A stretch of 64,000 nucleotides of DNA, from positions 172-64,171 of the forward strand of contig CAYFLK010000001.1 in NCBI GenBank assembly GCA_964344035.1, given 5' to 3'. The DNA comes from an uncultured Pseudomonadota bacterium (GTDB lineage Bacteria; SAR324; NAC60-12). A model generated the notes under the pieces. That model saw nothing but the letters and a program-made list of their open reading frames with translations, was not told the DNA's origin and ran no database searches. Made by a program: the position numbers and the translations under genes. Shown piece by piece: positions 47,912-58,182 of this stretch; within the stretch, counting starts at the first letter, position 1, and each line of letters begins with the position of its first letter.

Positions 47912-50179
47912 ATGGAAATTCTCAAGCTTGACAAGCTGCTGAAACTGCTGAAATCAGATTCTCACCGGTTGAGGATGTGGGCCGCGTATCAGCTGCTTGA
48001 AAATCACCAGCATCAGGCAGAAGTTTTTGTCGGACAGATGCTTGAGACCGAAGATGAAGAAATTCGTGAACCAGCTGTGTACCTTGCAGGGAAGATGGCG
48101 CTGGAAAGGTATAGTTTCACTCTACTCGGTCTCTTCCAACGCACCGACGGAGCGATGAAGCATGCATGCGCAATCGCCCTCTCCTCCCTGCAGCCCGAAC
48201 CGTTTCAAAAACTGCTGTGGCGTTGGCTGCAGGAACTTCTTTCCTCGGATGAACTGAAAATTCCGGATTTGCAATGCGCAGCATCGTGCTGGCTGGAACT
48301 GAACGCTGATCAGGGATGGGGGCAACTGGAACAGCTCCTTTCAGTGCAATACGACAACCACATCAAGTCGCTTTGTGTTTTCCAAAACCTCTGCGCGCGT
48401 GCGACTGATCCGATGCAGTTTTTGATGCTGGTCAGGCATTATGCACACTACCGCAGACATTTCACTGATCCCCAGTTCGTACAGCATTTAGTTGATGCTT
48501 TTGAAAATCCTGAACTGCTACGTTTTGTGCAGGCAAAGGAGATGGGGGGAGACAGCTACCGGTCAGTCTTCCTGGATGCCGCGCAAGTGATGGGAATGAA
48601 AGTTTCCCTGGAAACAGAACGGCGGTTACAGGCAGTTGACCGGATAAACCGGGAGGGAAGGCAGCATGCGGTACCCGAGTCACTTATCGAGGTGATGCGA
48701 TCCCTGATACCGGAAGATAAAGATTTTGAGTCGATCGAAATGTCAGTCCTGCTGGGATTTCATGAGGATATTTCAGGCGAGTGGGATTCCACAATTGTGC
48801 GAACGCAGGAACTTGAACTGCTGCTTCTGCATTCGCTTCCTCTGAACTGGTGTGTGCGCCAACTGGAATCAAGGATCCTGGTTGATCCATCAAAAGAGCG
48901 TGAACAACTTGAACGTCTTTTTTCATCCCCCCTGCTGCGTGAGGAGTTCCGTGATAAATGCATTCGGAATCTGGCCGCAGAAACCGGACAGTCCGGAATG
49001 CAACCACAGCTGCTTGAGGATAAATCCGGAGTGTCACATGATCCAAAATATGTGCTGTGGATGCTGCCTTCCGGACTGCCATCCCCGGTTGTGTGTGCCT
49101 ATCCCGCCATGTTGCCCAAGCCCTGGCAACATGAGATACCTCAGTTGATGCCGGCTCTGGTAGAGCAGTATAAAAAACAATTTCAGCAACTGGCCAAATC
49201 AGGTCTGCATGAACACCTGGACTATGCATTGGAACTTTTTGTCAGGTTCCCCGATGTGGAGATCATGGATCTGCTGCTCAGAAATTTCAATCTGCTGATC
49301 AACCAGCATTTCCCGTTTTTTTTCGATTTCATAGAAAAACTTCCGGATCCAAGGTTTGTTGATAAACTGCAGGATCATTACCGTGAAGGAGAAACCACTG
49401 TCGCGCAGCTGTTATATTTATTGTGCACCATCCATGAGTTGCCGATTCCCGAGCATGAGGAATTTCCGGAACCCGACCCGGTTCAGCGCGGCCTTCCCCA
49501 GGTTAGGATTTTTTGCAGCAAATGCCGAGCGTCATACCACTATCAGTTACAGGTGCTTTATTTTGATGAGGAAGCCATTGAACAGCGAAAGCCGTTCTCC
49601 AATAACGATCTTTGGACTCCTGAGGTAATACTGTGTAAAAATTGCGGAGTGGAGCTGGAATTGCAAACTGATTCAGGTTATCGAGCAGCTTTGTATACCG
49701 AAATGCTGACCAAGCAGCTTTTGAAATTAACGGAAGAGGAACATCAACGACTGGCAGCAGTCAAACCGCTGAAATTTCCTAAATATCTGAAGCGTAAAAT
49801 AAATCCCGCGATGTTTATCTCCCGCTATTTGCGGGAATCAAAGGTAAAACGGCTTTCCTCTGAGGAAAAGGGGCAGTTGCTGCTTGAACTGGGAAAATTC
49901 AAATTGCAGTTGAACGAGCTTGAACGTGCAGAGGAAGCACTTCAACAGAGTTTGAAATTGGCCAAAAACACTTCAGCAGCCCTTTTTTTTCTGGGAGTGA
50001 TTGCATACCGAAATAAGAACTTGTACGAGGCCAGGCTGCATTTTTCCAGGCTGGTTCAAAGTACGAATCCGCAGGAATACGATTTCGAGGATGAAAACCT
50101 GCACCAGATGGCTGTGCATTACCTGGAAATCCTGGAGCGCAAGGATTTCAAACGTTCCAGTTTCAAGTTAATTCAATGA
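47912..50179 (+). CDS. hypothetical HEAT-repeat/zinc-ribbon/TPR protein
   Basis: 755 aa. N-terminal HEAT/PBS-type repeat (RMWAAYQLLENHQ). A CxxC...CxxC pair (CSKCRASY...CKNCGVEL). C-terminal TPR-like helices. Confidence 0.4.
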   Translation: MEILKLDKLLKLLKSDSHRLRMWAAYQLLENHQHQAEVFVGQMLETEDEEIREPAVYLAGKMALERYSFTLLGLFQRTDGAMKHACAIALSSLQPEPFQKLLWRWLQELLSSDELKIPDLQCAASCWLELNADQGWGQLEQLLSVQYDNHIKSLCVFQNLCARATDPMQFLMLVRHYAHYRRHFTDPQFVQHLVDAFENPELLRFVQAKEMGGDSYRSVFLDAAQVMGMKVSLETERRLQAVDRINREGRQHAVPESLIEVMRSLIPEDKDFESIEMSVLLGFHEDISGEWDSTIVRTQELELLLLHSLPLNWCVRQLESRILVDPSKEREQLERLFSSPLLREEFRDKCIRNLAAETGQSGMQPQLLEDKSGVSHDPKYVLWMLPSGLPSPVVCAYPAMLPKPWQHEIPQLMPALVEQYKKQFQQLAKSGLHEHLDYALELFVRFPDVEIMDLLLRNFNLLINQHFPFFFDFIEKLPDPRFVDKLQDHYREGETTVAQLLYLLCTIHELPIPEHEEFPEPDPVQRGLPQVRIFCSKCRASYHYQLQVLYFDEEAIEQRKPFSNNDLWTPEVILCKNCGVELELQTDSGYRAALYTEMLTKQLLKLTEEEHQRLAAVKPLKFPKYLKRKINPAMFISRYLRESKVKRLSSEEKGQLLLELGKFKLQLNELERAEEALQQSLKLAKNTSAALFFLGVIAYRNKNLYEARLHFSRLVQSTNPQEYDFEDENLHQMAVHYLEILERKDFKRSSFKLIQ

Positions 50180-50180
50180 A

Positions 50181-52115
50181 CTACCTGAGGTCGGCCTCTG
50201 ATTCTGAACTCTGAAGTTTCCGGATAAGCCCAGCGTACACCCCTTCGATTTGCATAAGCGCCTCATGCTTCCCCCGCTCGATCACTTTCCCTTCTTCTAC
50301 AACGAGAATCAGGTCCGAGTGCCTGATGGTGCTGAGGCGGTGAGCGATTGCAATGACGGTTTTGTCCCGGAATATCCTTTCAATTGCACGCTGGATCAAT
50401 GATTCCGTGACGGAATCCACCGCGCTGGTTGCTTCGTCCAGCACAATCATTTCGCTCTTCCCTGCGATAGCTCTTGCAAACACCAGCAGCCGCCCTTCTC
50501 CGGCGGAGAGATTGCTGCCGTTTTGCGTGAGAATGTATTCAAACTTGCCTGGCAAACGTTCGATGAAACTGTCCGCGTATACGTATTTTGCCGCCTCCTT
50601 TATCTGCTCATGGGTAATGCCGGGGCGCTTGAGACTGATATTGAAACCGATTGATTCGGCGAACAGGAAAGAATCCTGCTGCATCAACGATATCATGTGG
50701 TTCAAATGGGATCGTGGGATTGTCGACAATTCTATGCCATTCAGGCGGATGGAACCTTGATAATCCGTATACATCCTGGTCAGTATGCGGACGATTGTGG
50801 ACTTTCCTGAACCGGTGGGCCCGACAATCGCGATGCGATTGCCTTTTTTCAAAGTGAAGGAAATGCCCTTCAACACCCATTCCGCTTCCTCGGAATAACG
50901 GAACCAGACATTTTCAAATACCAGTTCTTTAAACTGGCTGAAACTGTTTTCTGGTAAATAGTTTAGTTTTTTCGAGTTATTCCCGGTTTCGAAGTCCTCT
51001 GGCATCTCTCTAAAAAAACGGTATATATTTTCAAGCGAAGACAACCCGCGCTGGAATACGGAAATCTGCTGGGTAAACTCGCGGATGGGGATGAAAATAC
51101 GGTTCAGGGTGTTGATGAATCCAACCAGGATGCCGAGAGTGACCATTCCTTCGAGTATCCTTCCGGCTCCGTACCAGATCATCAAACCCAATGCTACTGA
51201 GATTACTCCTTCAATCACAGCAAACAGGGTTGCATCATAAAAATTAGAATGGTTTTGTGCGTGCAGGAACCTTCGCGTTTTATGCTTGAAACGCTTCTCC
51301 ACCTTGTTTTCTGCTGCATAGAGCTGGATCGTTTTCACCCCGTTCAGGCATTCTTGAAGATACCCCGTCGCTTCAGCCAGGGTTTCACGCGTGAGATTGT
51401 AGTGGAAGCGCAGTCTTCTGCGTAAAAAGCTGGTGATCAAGTAAACGGGGGGAATGATCAGCAGAACAACCAAAGTCAACCTCCAGCTCAGGGAAAACAG
51501 TAGGATAAGCAGCGCCGCGGTTTTCAGCAGATCGGTGATGACATTGAGTACGCCAACCGCCAAGGTGTCGTTCAATGCCTCCATGTCGGTGGTCACACGG
51601 GTCAGGACCACTCCGATCGGACGCTGGTCAAAAAAACTTCTTGGCAACCGCAGCACATGAGAAAAGAGGTCTGTGCGCAAGTTGCTGATTGTCAACTGTC
51701 CGGTTTTCTGTAGCGAGAAAGTATACAGCGAGTCAGCAAGGTATCCGGACAGCATGGTTAAGCCGAGAATTCCGGACATGAGGTACAGGCCTTCCCAGTC
51801 GCCTGGCATCACGTAATCGTCAATGATTCCGATTATCAACCAGGGGATCAGCAGAGTGGCCCCAACCGAAAAAGGAACAGTGCCTATCCCGAGGGCCAGC
51901 AGTTTCCAGTGTGGAGCCAGGTAGCGCAGGAAATACTTGAGGAGTTTCCAGTCACTGATTTTAAAAACAGGCGGGGGAAATACTGACGGTTCGGAACCCT
52001 CGACAGTCCACTGGCTGTTTCCTGGCTGCGTACCAAACTGCTCTTGTTCATTGTCATCAGGCTGTCGCAATTTAAAGGATGAAATACCTGCAGGATTGGC
52101 AGCTTGATCAGCCAT
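50181..52115 (-). CDS. ABC transporter permease/ATP-binding protein (exporter)
   Basis: Walker A GPTGSGKST, signature LSAGEGRLLVFARAI, Walker B MIVLDEATSAVD. The ORF is open to 52244, but the start is placed at Met44 (52115) to avoid a 137-nt overlap with the upstream aminotransferase. Confidence 0.8.
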   Translation of the reverse strand: MADQAANPAGISSFKLRQPDDNEQEQFGTQPGNSQWTVEGSEPSVFPPPVFKISDWKLLKYFLRYLAPHWKLLALGIGTVPFSVGATLLIPWLIIGIIDDYVMPGDWEGLYLMSGILGLTMLSGYLADSLYTFSLQKTGQLTISNLRTDLFSHVLRLPRSFFDQRPIGVVLTRVTTDMEALNDTLAVGVLNVITDLLKTAALLILLFSLSWRLTLVVLLIIPPVYLITSFLRRRLRFHYNLTRETLAEATGYLQECLNGVKTIQLYAAENKVEKRFKHKTRRFLHAQNHSNFYDATLFAVIEGVISVALGLMIWYGAGRILEGMVTLGILVGFINTLNRIFIPIREFTQQISVFQRGLSSLENIYRFFREMPEDFETGNNSKKLNYLPENSFSQFKELVFENVWFRYSEEAEWVLKGISFTLKKGNRIAIVGPTGSGKSTIVRILTRMYTDYQGSIRLNGIELSTIPRSHLNHMISLMQQDSFLFAESIGFNISLKRPGITHEQIKEAAKYVYADSFIERLPGKFEYILTQNGSNLSAGEGRLLVFARAIAGKSEMIVLDEATSAVDSVTESLIQRAIERIFRDKTVIAIAHRLSTIRHSDLILVVEEGKVIERGKHEALMQIEGVYAGLIRKLQSSESEADLR

Positions 52116-53394
52116 CAAGTTCCTTGATCCGCTTCCTGACTGATGCAAGCTGCACACAGAGGACGAAAACTCCCATAGCTTTTTCGACTTCATGCAGGGA
52201 TGGGAATGTGGGGGCAAGACGGATATTGGAATCATGCGGATCAAGACCGTAGGGAAAAGTAGCGCCGGCAGGTGTGAGTTTTACTCCGGCTGCAGCGGCA
52301 AGGCTTACAATTTGAGCGGCCGTACCGGGTAGTGCATCGAAAGAAATGAAGTACCCTCCTTTGGGGTTACTCCATGTTCCCATTCCTTTGCCGTTCAGAT
52401 TTTGCTCCAGGTGGTGTTGCACTGCCTTGAACTTAGGCGCCAGCAGCCGCGAGTGTTTGCGCATGTGAGCGCGCACGCCCGCAAGGTCTTTGAGGAAGCT
52501 GACGTGACGCTGCTGATTCAGTTTGTTTGGTCCAATCGTCATCACTCCCAGTCTTTTGCGGAAGTGTTCGAGGTTTTCGGGAGACGCGCCGATGAAGGAA
52601 ATGCCCGCTCCAGCAAAAGTGATTTTGGAAGTCGAGGCGGTGAGAACCAGAGAATTCTCGGTGCCGTGGACACGGGCACGGTCCATTACGTTGTCCAGTT
52701 CCGGAGGTTGATCATCTAGATCATGGACGGCATAGGCGTTGTCCCACATAACCCGGAAATGTTTCCCCGCGATTTTCCCCAGCGCAGCTATCCTGTCAAC
52801 TGTTTCCATGGAAAAAACATGTCCGGTTGGGTTGGAGTATTTGGGCACACACCACATTCCCTTGACTGAAGGATCTTTACTTGCCAAGGATTCGATTTGA
52901 TCCAGATCGGGACCATATTGATTCCATCCGACGTTAATCATCCGGATTCCCAGTTCTTCACAAATCGTGAAATGCCGGTCATATCCGGGAACAAGGCAGA
53001 GAAATTTGATTTCTCCTTCGTCTTTCCAGGCGGTTCCTGCTCCAAGAGGACCATGATTAAAGGCATGCAGCATGTATAGGTACATCAGCGTAAGGCTGCT
53101 GTGATCCGCGGCCATCACTTCCTCGGTCCGGAGTCCAAGCAGTTGCGCTCCGAGCTGCCTGGCCGAAGGTATCCCGTTGATTCCTCCGTAATTTCGCAAA
53201 TCTGTTCCGTCCTCCAACTGCATGTTTTCATTCAGCAGACCTTCCATCTGTTCAGAAAGATCCAGTTGATCCGGACCCGGTTTGCCTCTGGTCAAATCGA
53301 GTTTTAACCCTGATTTTTGATAGTCAAGGAAACGTGAATAGAGCGCTTGTTCTCCGGACCGGAGCTGTTCCAGGTTCATGTTATTTAGTTCCAT
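52108..53394 (-). CDS. putative PLP-dependent aminotransferase (class I/II fold, Asp_aminotransf/PF12897-like)
   Basis: 428 aa with LDLTRGKPGPDQLDL near the N-terminus and PLP-Lys in TASTSKITFAGAGI. Confidence 0.65.
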   Translation of the reverse strand: MELNNMNLEQLRSGEQALYSRFLDYQKSGLKLDLTRGKPGPDQLDLSEQMEGLLNENMQLEDGTDLRNYGGINGIPSARQLGAQLLGLRTEEVMAADHSSLTLMYLYMLHAFNHGPLGAGTAWKDEGEIKFLCLVPGYDRHFTICEELGIRMINVGWNQYGPDLDQIESLASKDPSVKGMWCVPKYSNPTGHVFSMETVDRIAALGKIAGKHFRVMWDNAYAVHDLDDQPPELDNVMDRARVHGTENSLVLTASTSKITFAGAGISFIGASPENLEHFRKRLGVMTIGPNKLNQQRHVSFLKDLAGVRAHMRKHSRLLAPKFKAVQHHLEQNLNGKGMGTWSNPKGGYFISFDALPGTAAQIVSLAAAAGVKLTPAGATFPYGLDPHDSNIRLAPTFPSLHEVEKAMGVFVLCVQLASVRKRIKELDG

Positions 53395-53487
53395 CTTGAT
53401 TCCATTGAGGTGAGGTTGAACAAATGAATTGTGGAAGTTAATAAAAATAATGTATCCGTACCCGCAAAATTAAAGGCATGCGGAATG

Positions 53488-54378
53488 TCAGTTTATCATA
53501 TCCAGTATCATATGACTCAATGGGCCGCCGTTGCCTAAAAAATCATAAAGTAGGGTGAAATGATTCCTCCCTGCCAGGGCATGATAAACCGGATTCAGGT
53601 CAAATTGCTTCAGTCGCTGTACATAGTCTTCTGATTGTCTGCGGAATTCCAGTGATTCATTTGCACCCACTACTACCAGAACCGGAATGCAGCATGAAGG
53701 CGGAATCTCCTGGGGACTGTTGCGCATGACCTGGTCCCAGCTCAGTTGCAGTTTTGGTTGAAGCCAGGAGAAGGGAAATGGGCGCAGATCAAAAAGTCCG
53801 CTGATTGGACAAGCAGCGGTGATCAGGTTATCCGGGAGTGCATAGTCCCGTTCCCATTCGGTCGTCAGCAGCATTGCCGCCAGATGACCGCCCGCTGAAT
53901 GGCCTGAAACACTGATCCTGTTGGGGTCCCCTCCATATTGCTCAATATGATTAAAAACCCAGGCTGCCGCGGAACGGCATTGTCGGACGATTTCATCCAG
54001 GCTCACATCCGGGCACAAAGTGTAATTTACATGCACAACAGTGATGCCATGGCCAACCAGCGCTTCGGAAACAAAAGCAAAATCCCGACAGGCAAATGAA
54101 TGCCAATATCCTCCATGTATAAAAATGTGTACCGGTGTGTTTTTTGCTCTTCCGGGATATATGTCCACCACTTCCGCGCGGGTTGGGCCGTAGGGAATGC
54201 CGTCGACATGTTCAAGCACGTCCTGTACACGGTTGTTCTCGTCAGCATACCTTTGCAGGATACTGTCGAAGTCTTTTACGGACAAACGGGGGTTATATTC
54301 CCGGTCAATTTGTTCCTGTGTCTGGAAATCACGGTAAAGCATGTATGATGAACTCGTAAAAAGTCCCAAAACGCACAA
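53488..54378 (-). CDS. alpha/beta hydrolase (esterase/arylformamidase-like, fold-3)
   Basis: HGGYW oxyanion motif and nucleophile elbow GHSAGG. Confidence 0.8.
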   Translation of the reverse strand: MCVLGLFTSSSYMLYRDFQTQEQIDREYNPRLSVKDFDSILQRYADENNRVQDVLEHVDGIPYGPTRAEVVDIYPGRAKNTPVHIFIHGGYWHSFACRDFAFVSEALVGHGITVVHVNYTLCPDVSLDEIVRQCRSAAAWVFNHIEQYGGDPNRISVSGHSAGGHLAAMLLTTEWERDYALPDNLITAACPISGLFDLRPFPFSWLQPKLQLSWDQVMRNSPQEIPPSCCIPVLVVVGANESLEFRRQSEDYVQRLKQFDLNPVYHALAGRNHFTLLYDFLGNGGPLSHMILDMIN

Positions 54379-54487
54379 TTTCGTTCTCGTAACTCATTGA
54401 AATCATTAGATGTAAAAACCGGATTTCGACTTTTTACGAAACCATCATGTATATTAACGACCGTAGTTCAATTTGTATCCAGGTGAT

Positions 54488-55144
54488 TTATATATCGCGT
54501 TTAATATATAGAGGGTGTACCGGTTTCATGGGATCAAATTCAGCCGAAGCAAGAATCTGCCTGCCGACACGGTTCAGCAGAATCCCATCCGCAACCTGGT
54601 TATCCTTTGCCAATAGAAGGAAAGAATCAAAGAGGGAATCTTGCTTGGCTGACGAATTGGAGATTCGATGTAAAATCACCCGGCTTTCGTTGTACTGTCT
54701 GTGCAATTCCTGGAGCAGTGAAAGCCGAATGGGTGTGAGCTGCTTGATATGTCCCCCGTGAATTTGAAATTCCGCGTGGAACAGCTCCTGTCCTGTGCAA
54801 TTGAGTAACACCGGGAACGGTTCGGTATCGCGCGATATTTGCGAGGCCAGCAGTTGCAGTGAGTTGACCGCAACTACGGTTTTACTGCATACTTGTGCCA
54901 ATGATTTAACCATGGACATGCCGATTCTTACACCGGTGTAAGATCCAGGGCCTTGATTGACTACAAACACATCGACCTCTGAGAGACTGAGTGAGGCCTT
55001 TGAAAGCAATTTATCCAGCGTCTCAAAAATGATGGTGGAATTGCGTCTGCGTTTTTTTGTCATGAAATCCGCAAGCGGCACCTCATCTGCGCAAAGCGCC
55101 ATCGCCAGATGTTCAAACGCGGTATCGACTGCCAGGCTGATCAT
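54488..55144 (-). CDS. tsaB: tRNA threonylcarbamoyladenosine biosynthesis protein TsaB
   Basis: N-terminus MISLAVDTAFEHLAMAL and GPGSYTGVRIGMSMVKSLA match the YeaZ/TsaB family. 4-nt overlap with tsaE. Confidence 0.75.
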   Translation of the reverse strand: MISLAVDTAFEHLAMALCADEVPLADFMTKKRRRNSTIIFETLDKLLSKASLSLSEVDVFVVNQGPGSYTGVRIGMSMVKSLAQVCSKTVVAVNSLQLLASQISRDTEPFPVLLNCTGQELFHAEFQIHGGHIKQLTPIRLSLLQELHRQYNESRVILHRISNSSAKQDSLFDSFLLLAKDNQVADGILLNRVGRQILASAEFDPMKPVHPLYIKRDI

Positions 55145-55662
55145 GCCGAAAGATCCATGTGCCGGTGGTTTCCAGATTCAGTATGAAACAGGTGGAAGCG
55201 TTCCATTGAATGGAAGAATGCATGGAAGGATTCATCCTTGCGTTCGATTTGCAGTTCCCGGGAACTTTCGCTTCTAATTTTCAACTGAAATTCGAGAATC
55301 GCATCATTCTGGATCCATGGTTTGAGAAACCGGGGCCATTCAACCAGTGTGAGGCCCTCATTCAGGATCAGGTCTTCGCGGTCAAAGTCATCCATTTCCG
55401 TGGTGTTTTCGATTCGGAATAAATCAACATGACTGATATCAAACTTGCCGGGATAGCGGTTGACAATGGTGTAGGTGGGAGAAATCACCACCTCCGGATT
55501 CACCCCGAGTCCGGAGCATATTGCCTTCACCAGGGTGGTTTTGCCAGACCCCATTTGCCCCCAGAGCAATACGATGCTGCCTTTGGGCAGGTTCCTGCCG
55601 ATTGCCCTTCCCCATTGTTCAGTCGTCTCCAGCGAATCCAGTATCAGAGATAGTCGATGCAT
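55141..55662 (-). CDS. tsaE: tRNA threonylcarbamoyladenosine biosynthesis ATPase TsaE
   Basis: P-loop LWGQMGSGKTTLVKAI, then SPTYTIVNRY as in YjeE/TsaE. C-terminal extension of about 20 aa. Confidence 0.8.
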   Translation of the reverse strand: MHRLSLILDSLETTEQWGRAIGRNLPKGSIVLLWGQMGSGKTTLVKAICSGLGVNPEVVISPTYTIVNRYPGKFDISHVDLFRIENTTEMDDFDREDLILNEGLTLVEWPRFLKPWIQNDAILEFQLKIRSESSRELQIERKDESFHAFFHSMERFHLFHTESGNHRHMDLSA

Positions 55663-56319
55663 GAGAGCGCCGTCAAAGGCAAAGTGCTGCTGGGCTTTCG
55701 TTCACTGGGCTATGCTGATACAGAGGAGCGCTGGAAAACAGGAGAGGCATGCGATGTTATAGATTTGACTTGGGAATTGCGCGCTGGAGAGCGGGTATTT
55801 TTCAAGTGTAATAATTCTGAACAGTCACAAGTAATATGGCGTTTAGCATTGAAAAAGCTCAAGCCGAAATCAGGAGGGGTCGAGTCCGCTGCCGGAACAG
55901 TGGTTTATACAGACGAGATGCTGTGGCAAAGGGCAAACAGCAAAGAAGACCTATGGTATAACCTCAGGTCCAAGTTGTTCCATCAGCGTCCTTGGGTGGG
56001 GAACCGGATGCTTCACCATGAGATGTTGCTTGATTTATTGGGATTAAGGGGACATCTGGCGAAAATCCCGCTGGGCGAACTGGCGCCGCGATATCAAAAC
56101 CGCGCATGGGCCGTGCTTCTGGCAGCTGCGCGTGTTAAAGTGTGGTTGGTTGATCGTTTGTTTGTGGAAGCTGATTCAACTTGCAAAGCCTTTCTGATGC
56201 AGTGGTTGCGTGATTTCCCCGGGGCAGTGGTTTTTTTCGGCGCCCCCTCTTGTTTTTCAGATAAATACGATTTGAAAATCACCCTTGATTCTTCAGGCTT
56301 CGCACGAATGGAGCAGTAA
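55657..56319 (+). CDS. ABC-ATPase-like protein with degenerate Walker A/B and signature motifs (probable pseudo-ATPase)
   Basis: GERVFFKCNNSEQSQVIWRLALKKLKPKSG aligns to the ABC N-terminal GExxxxxGxNGxGKSTLlkllxGllkPxsG. LGELAPRYQNRAWAVLLAAARVKVWLVDRLF sits in place of LSGGQ...LLLDEP. The start is uncertain because it overlaps the tsaE start. Confidence 0.45.
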   Translation: MHESAVKGKVLLGFRSLGYADTEERWKTGEACDVIDLTWELRAGERVFFKCNNSEQSQVIWRLALKKLKPKSGGVESAAGTVVYTDEMLWQRANSKEDLWYNLRSKLFHQRPWVGNRMLHHEMLLDLLGLRGHLAKIPLGELAPRYQNRAWAVLLAAARVKVWLVDRLFVEADSTCKAFLMQWLRDFPGAVVFFGAPSCFSDKYDLKITLDSSGFARMEQ

Positions 56320-56415
56320 AATTCTGGTGTCGTCAATGCAATGCCAGAGAATTCCCTGACATATTGTTTGTGATGCAGTCATCCATAATGATGCAGTGAT
56401 TTTCCAAGTAATGTA

Positions 56416-58182
56416 ATGAGTTTCAGCAAGGCTTTTATTCGGCGAGTCACTGACCAAATCGACCTGGTCAGGCTAATTTCAGAACATGGTGTGGTTTTGA
56501 AAAAAACCGGGTCATCATTCAAGGGACTATGTCCATTTCATTCAGAGAAAACTCCATCATTCAGTGTCAGCCCTTTGCGCGGTTTCTTTCACTGCTTTGG
56601 ATGTGGTGCGAGTGGAGACGCAATCAAGTTTCTGATGCTGCATGAAAATATCTCCTTCCCCGACGCCACCGAGGAACTGGCAAAACGCTGCGGTGTGCCA
56701 CTGGAATTTGAATCAGGTAAGCCGGGGAAGAAAACTCAAGCCGATGACAAGGGAATGCTCTGCCTGCATGATGCGGAGGACTATTACCATTGGAACCTGA
56801 GGAAAGGAAAAGGGGAAGAGGGGAGAGAATATTTGAATGAACGGATGGTTCCCGAATCACTGTGGCAGACTTTTCAAATTGGCTTCGCTGCGCGTGATTG
56901 GCGGGACCTGAAGGGACATCTGCAAAAAAAAGGCTATGATGCTAAGGAGATGCTCAATACAGGGTTAATCAAAGAACACGAACAAAGCGGGCGGCATTAT
57001 GATCGCTTCCGCGGGAGACTGGTTTTCCCAGTCAGGGATCTGCGCGGAAGGTGTGTGGGGTTTGGCGGAAGGGTTGTTAAGGACACGGATCAGCCTAAAT
57101 ATCTTAACAGTCCTGAAACCGCGTATTATCGAAAAAACCAGGTGTTGTACGGTCTTTATGAGGGGCTTGAGGGGATCCGCAAAACCAGGGAACTGATCTG
57201 CGTCGAAGGTTATCTTGATGTGCTGCGTATGCATGAGCACGGATTCAGCCGCGCAGTAGCGCCTTGCGGGACAGCATTGACAGTGCATCATCTGAAACTC
57301 ATTCAAAGATATGCCGATTCAGTGGTTTTGCTGTTCGATGGTGATCGGGCAGGACGTGAAGCGGCTTTAAAACACTGCAGCCTTTTTCTTCCATACCCCC
57401 TGGATGCTTCCATCGTGCTTCTACCGGAAGGTGAAGACCCGGATTCGTTCCTGCTCAACAATGGAACTGATGCATTCCAGCAGCTTCTACTTGAACGCAT
57501 ACCTGTCCTCCATTATCTTGTTGAACAAACCCTGGCAGGATTCCCCGGAAATCTGCCTGGCAGGATGAAGGCACTTGAATCGCTAATGCCGCATTTGAGC
57601 AGCATTTCTGATATCGCCTTGCGCCAGTTAACGCTTAATTCTCTGGCGGAAAGGATGCGGCTGCCTCTTGAAATGGTGCTGAAAAAATCAAATAAGATTT
57701 TGAAAAAAACCACAGAAAATGATAAAAATACAAGTATGCCACCCGTTTTTCATGAACACGGCGATGAGCGCTGGATTCTGCAGGCCCTGATTAATCACAG
57801 GGAATGGGCGCCAGTGATTCGTGAGCATTTGAATCCGGAGGAACTGCACAACAAGTTTTATCGTGACTTGTATGAAAAACTCCTCAAATTTCCTGCAGAT
57901 ACATTTCAGCCGTTCAAACCCCAATTTTTGGAGAATGAAACTCCGGAACTTTACAAGGCGGTGATAGCGCTAACCATGGAGGAAGTTCCACGGCATGAAG
58001 TACTGTTGTCACTCAAGCGAATCAAGGAGCGTCATTTGGAAGGACGATTCCTTGAGCAGCGTACTAACGGCACAGTCGAGGAACGCGCACGCGCAGGAAT
58101 ACAACATCGTCGGGAAGTTACTGCACTGCAAGATGTCTTTGAAAAACTCGCGGAACCCCAGAATTCCAGTGAAACACCATGA
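56416..58182 (+). CDS. dnaG: DNA primase
   Basis: Zinc-binding CHC2 motif [13 protein letters not shown]...[17 protein letters not shown] region EGYLDV...[10 protein letters not shown]. 588 aa. Confidence 0.95.
   Translation: MSFSKAFIRRVTDQIDLVRLISEHGVVLKKTGSSFKGLCPFHSEKTPSFSVSPLRGFFHCFGCGASGDAIKFLMLHENISFPDATEELAKRCGVPLEFESGKPGKKTQADDKGMLCLHDAEDYYHWNLRKGKGEEGREYLNERMVPESLWQTFQIGFAARDWRDLKGHLQKKGYDAKEMLNTGLIKEHEQSGRHYDRFRGRLVFPVRDLRGRCVGFGGRVVKDTDQPKYLNSPETAYYRKNQVLYGLYEGLEGIRKTRELICVEGYLDVLRMHEHGFSRAVAPCGTALTVHHLKLIQRYADSVVLLFDGDRAGREAALKHCSLFLPYPLDASIVLLPEGEDPDSFLLNNGTDAFQQLLLERIPVLHYLVEQTLAGFPGNLPGRMKALESLMPHLSSISDIALRQLTLNSLAERMRLPLEMVLKKSNKILKKTTENDKNTSMPPVFHEHGDERWILQALINHREWAPVIREHLNPEELHNKFYRDLYEKLLKFPADTFQPFKPQFLENETPELYKAVIALTMEEVPRHEVLLSLKRIKERHLEGRFLEQRTNGTVEERARAGIQHRREVTALQDVFEKLAEPQNSSETP

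Noticed and set aside
48684-49229. 181-aa minus-strand ORF
   Set aside because: Antisense shadow within the 755-aa HEAT/TPR ORF.
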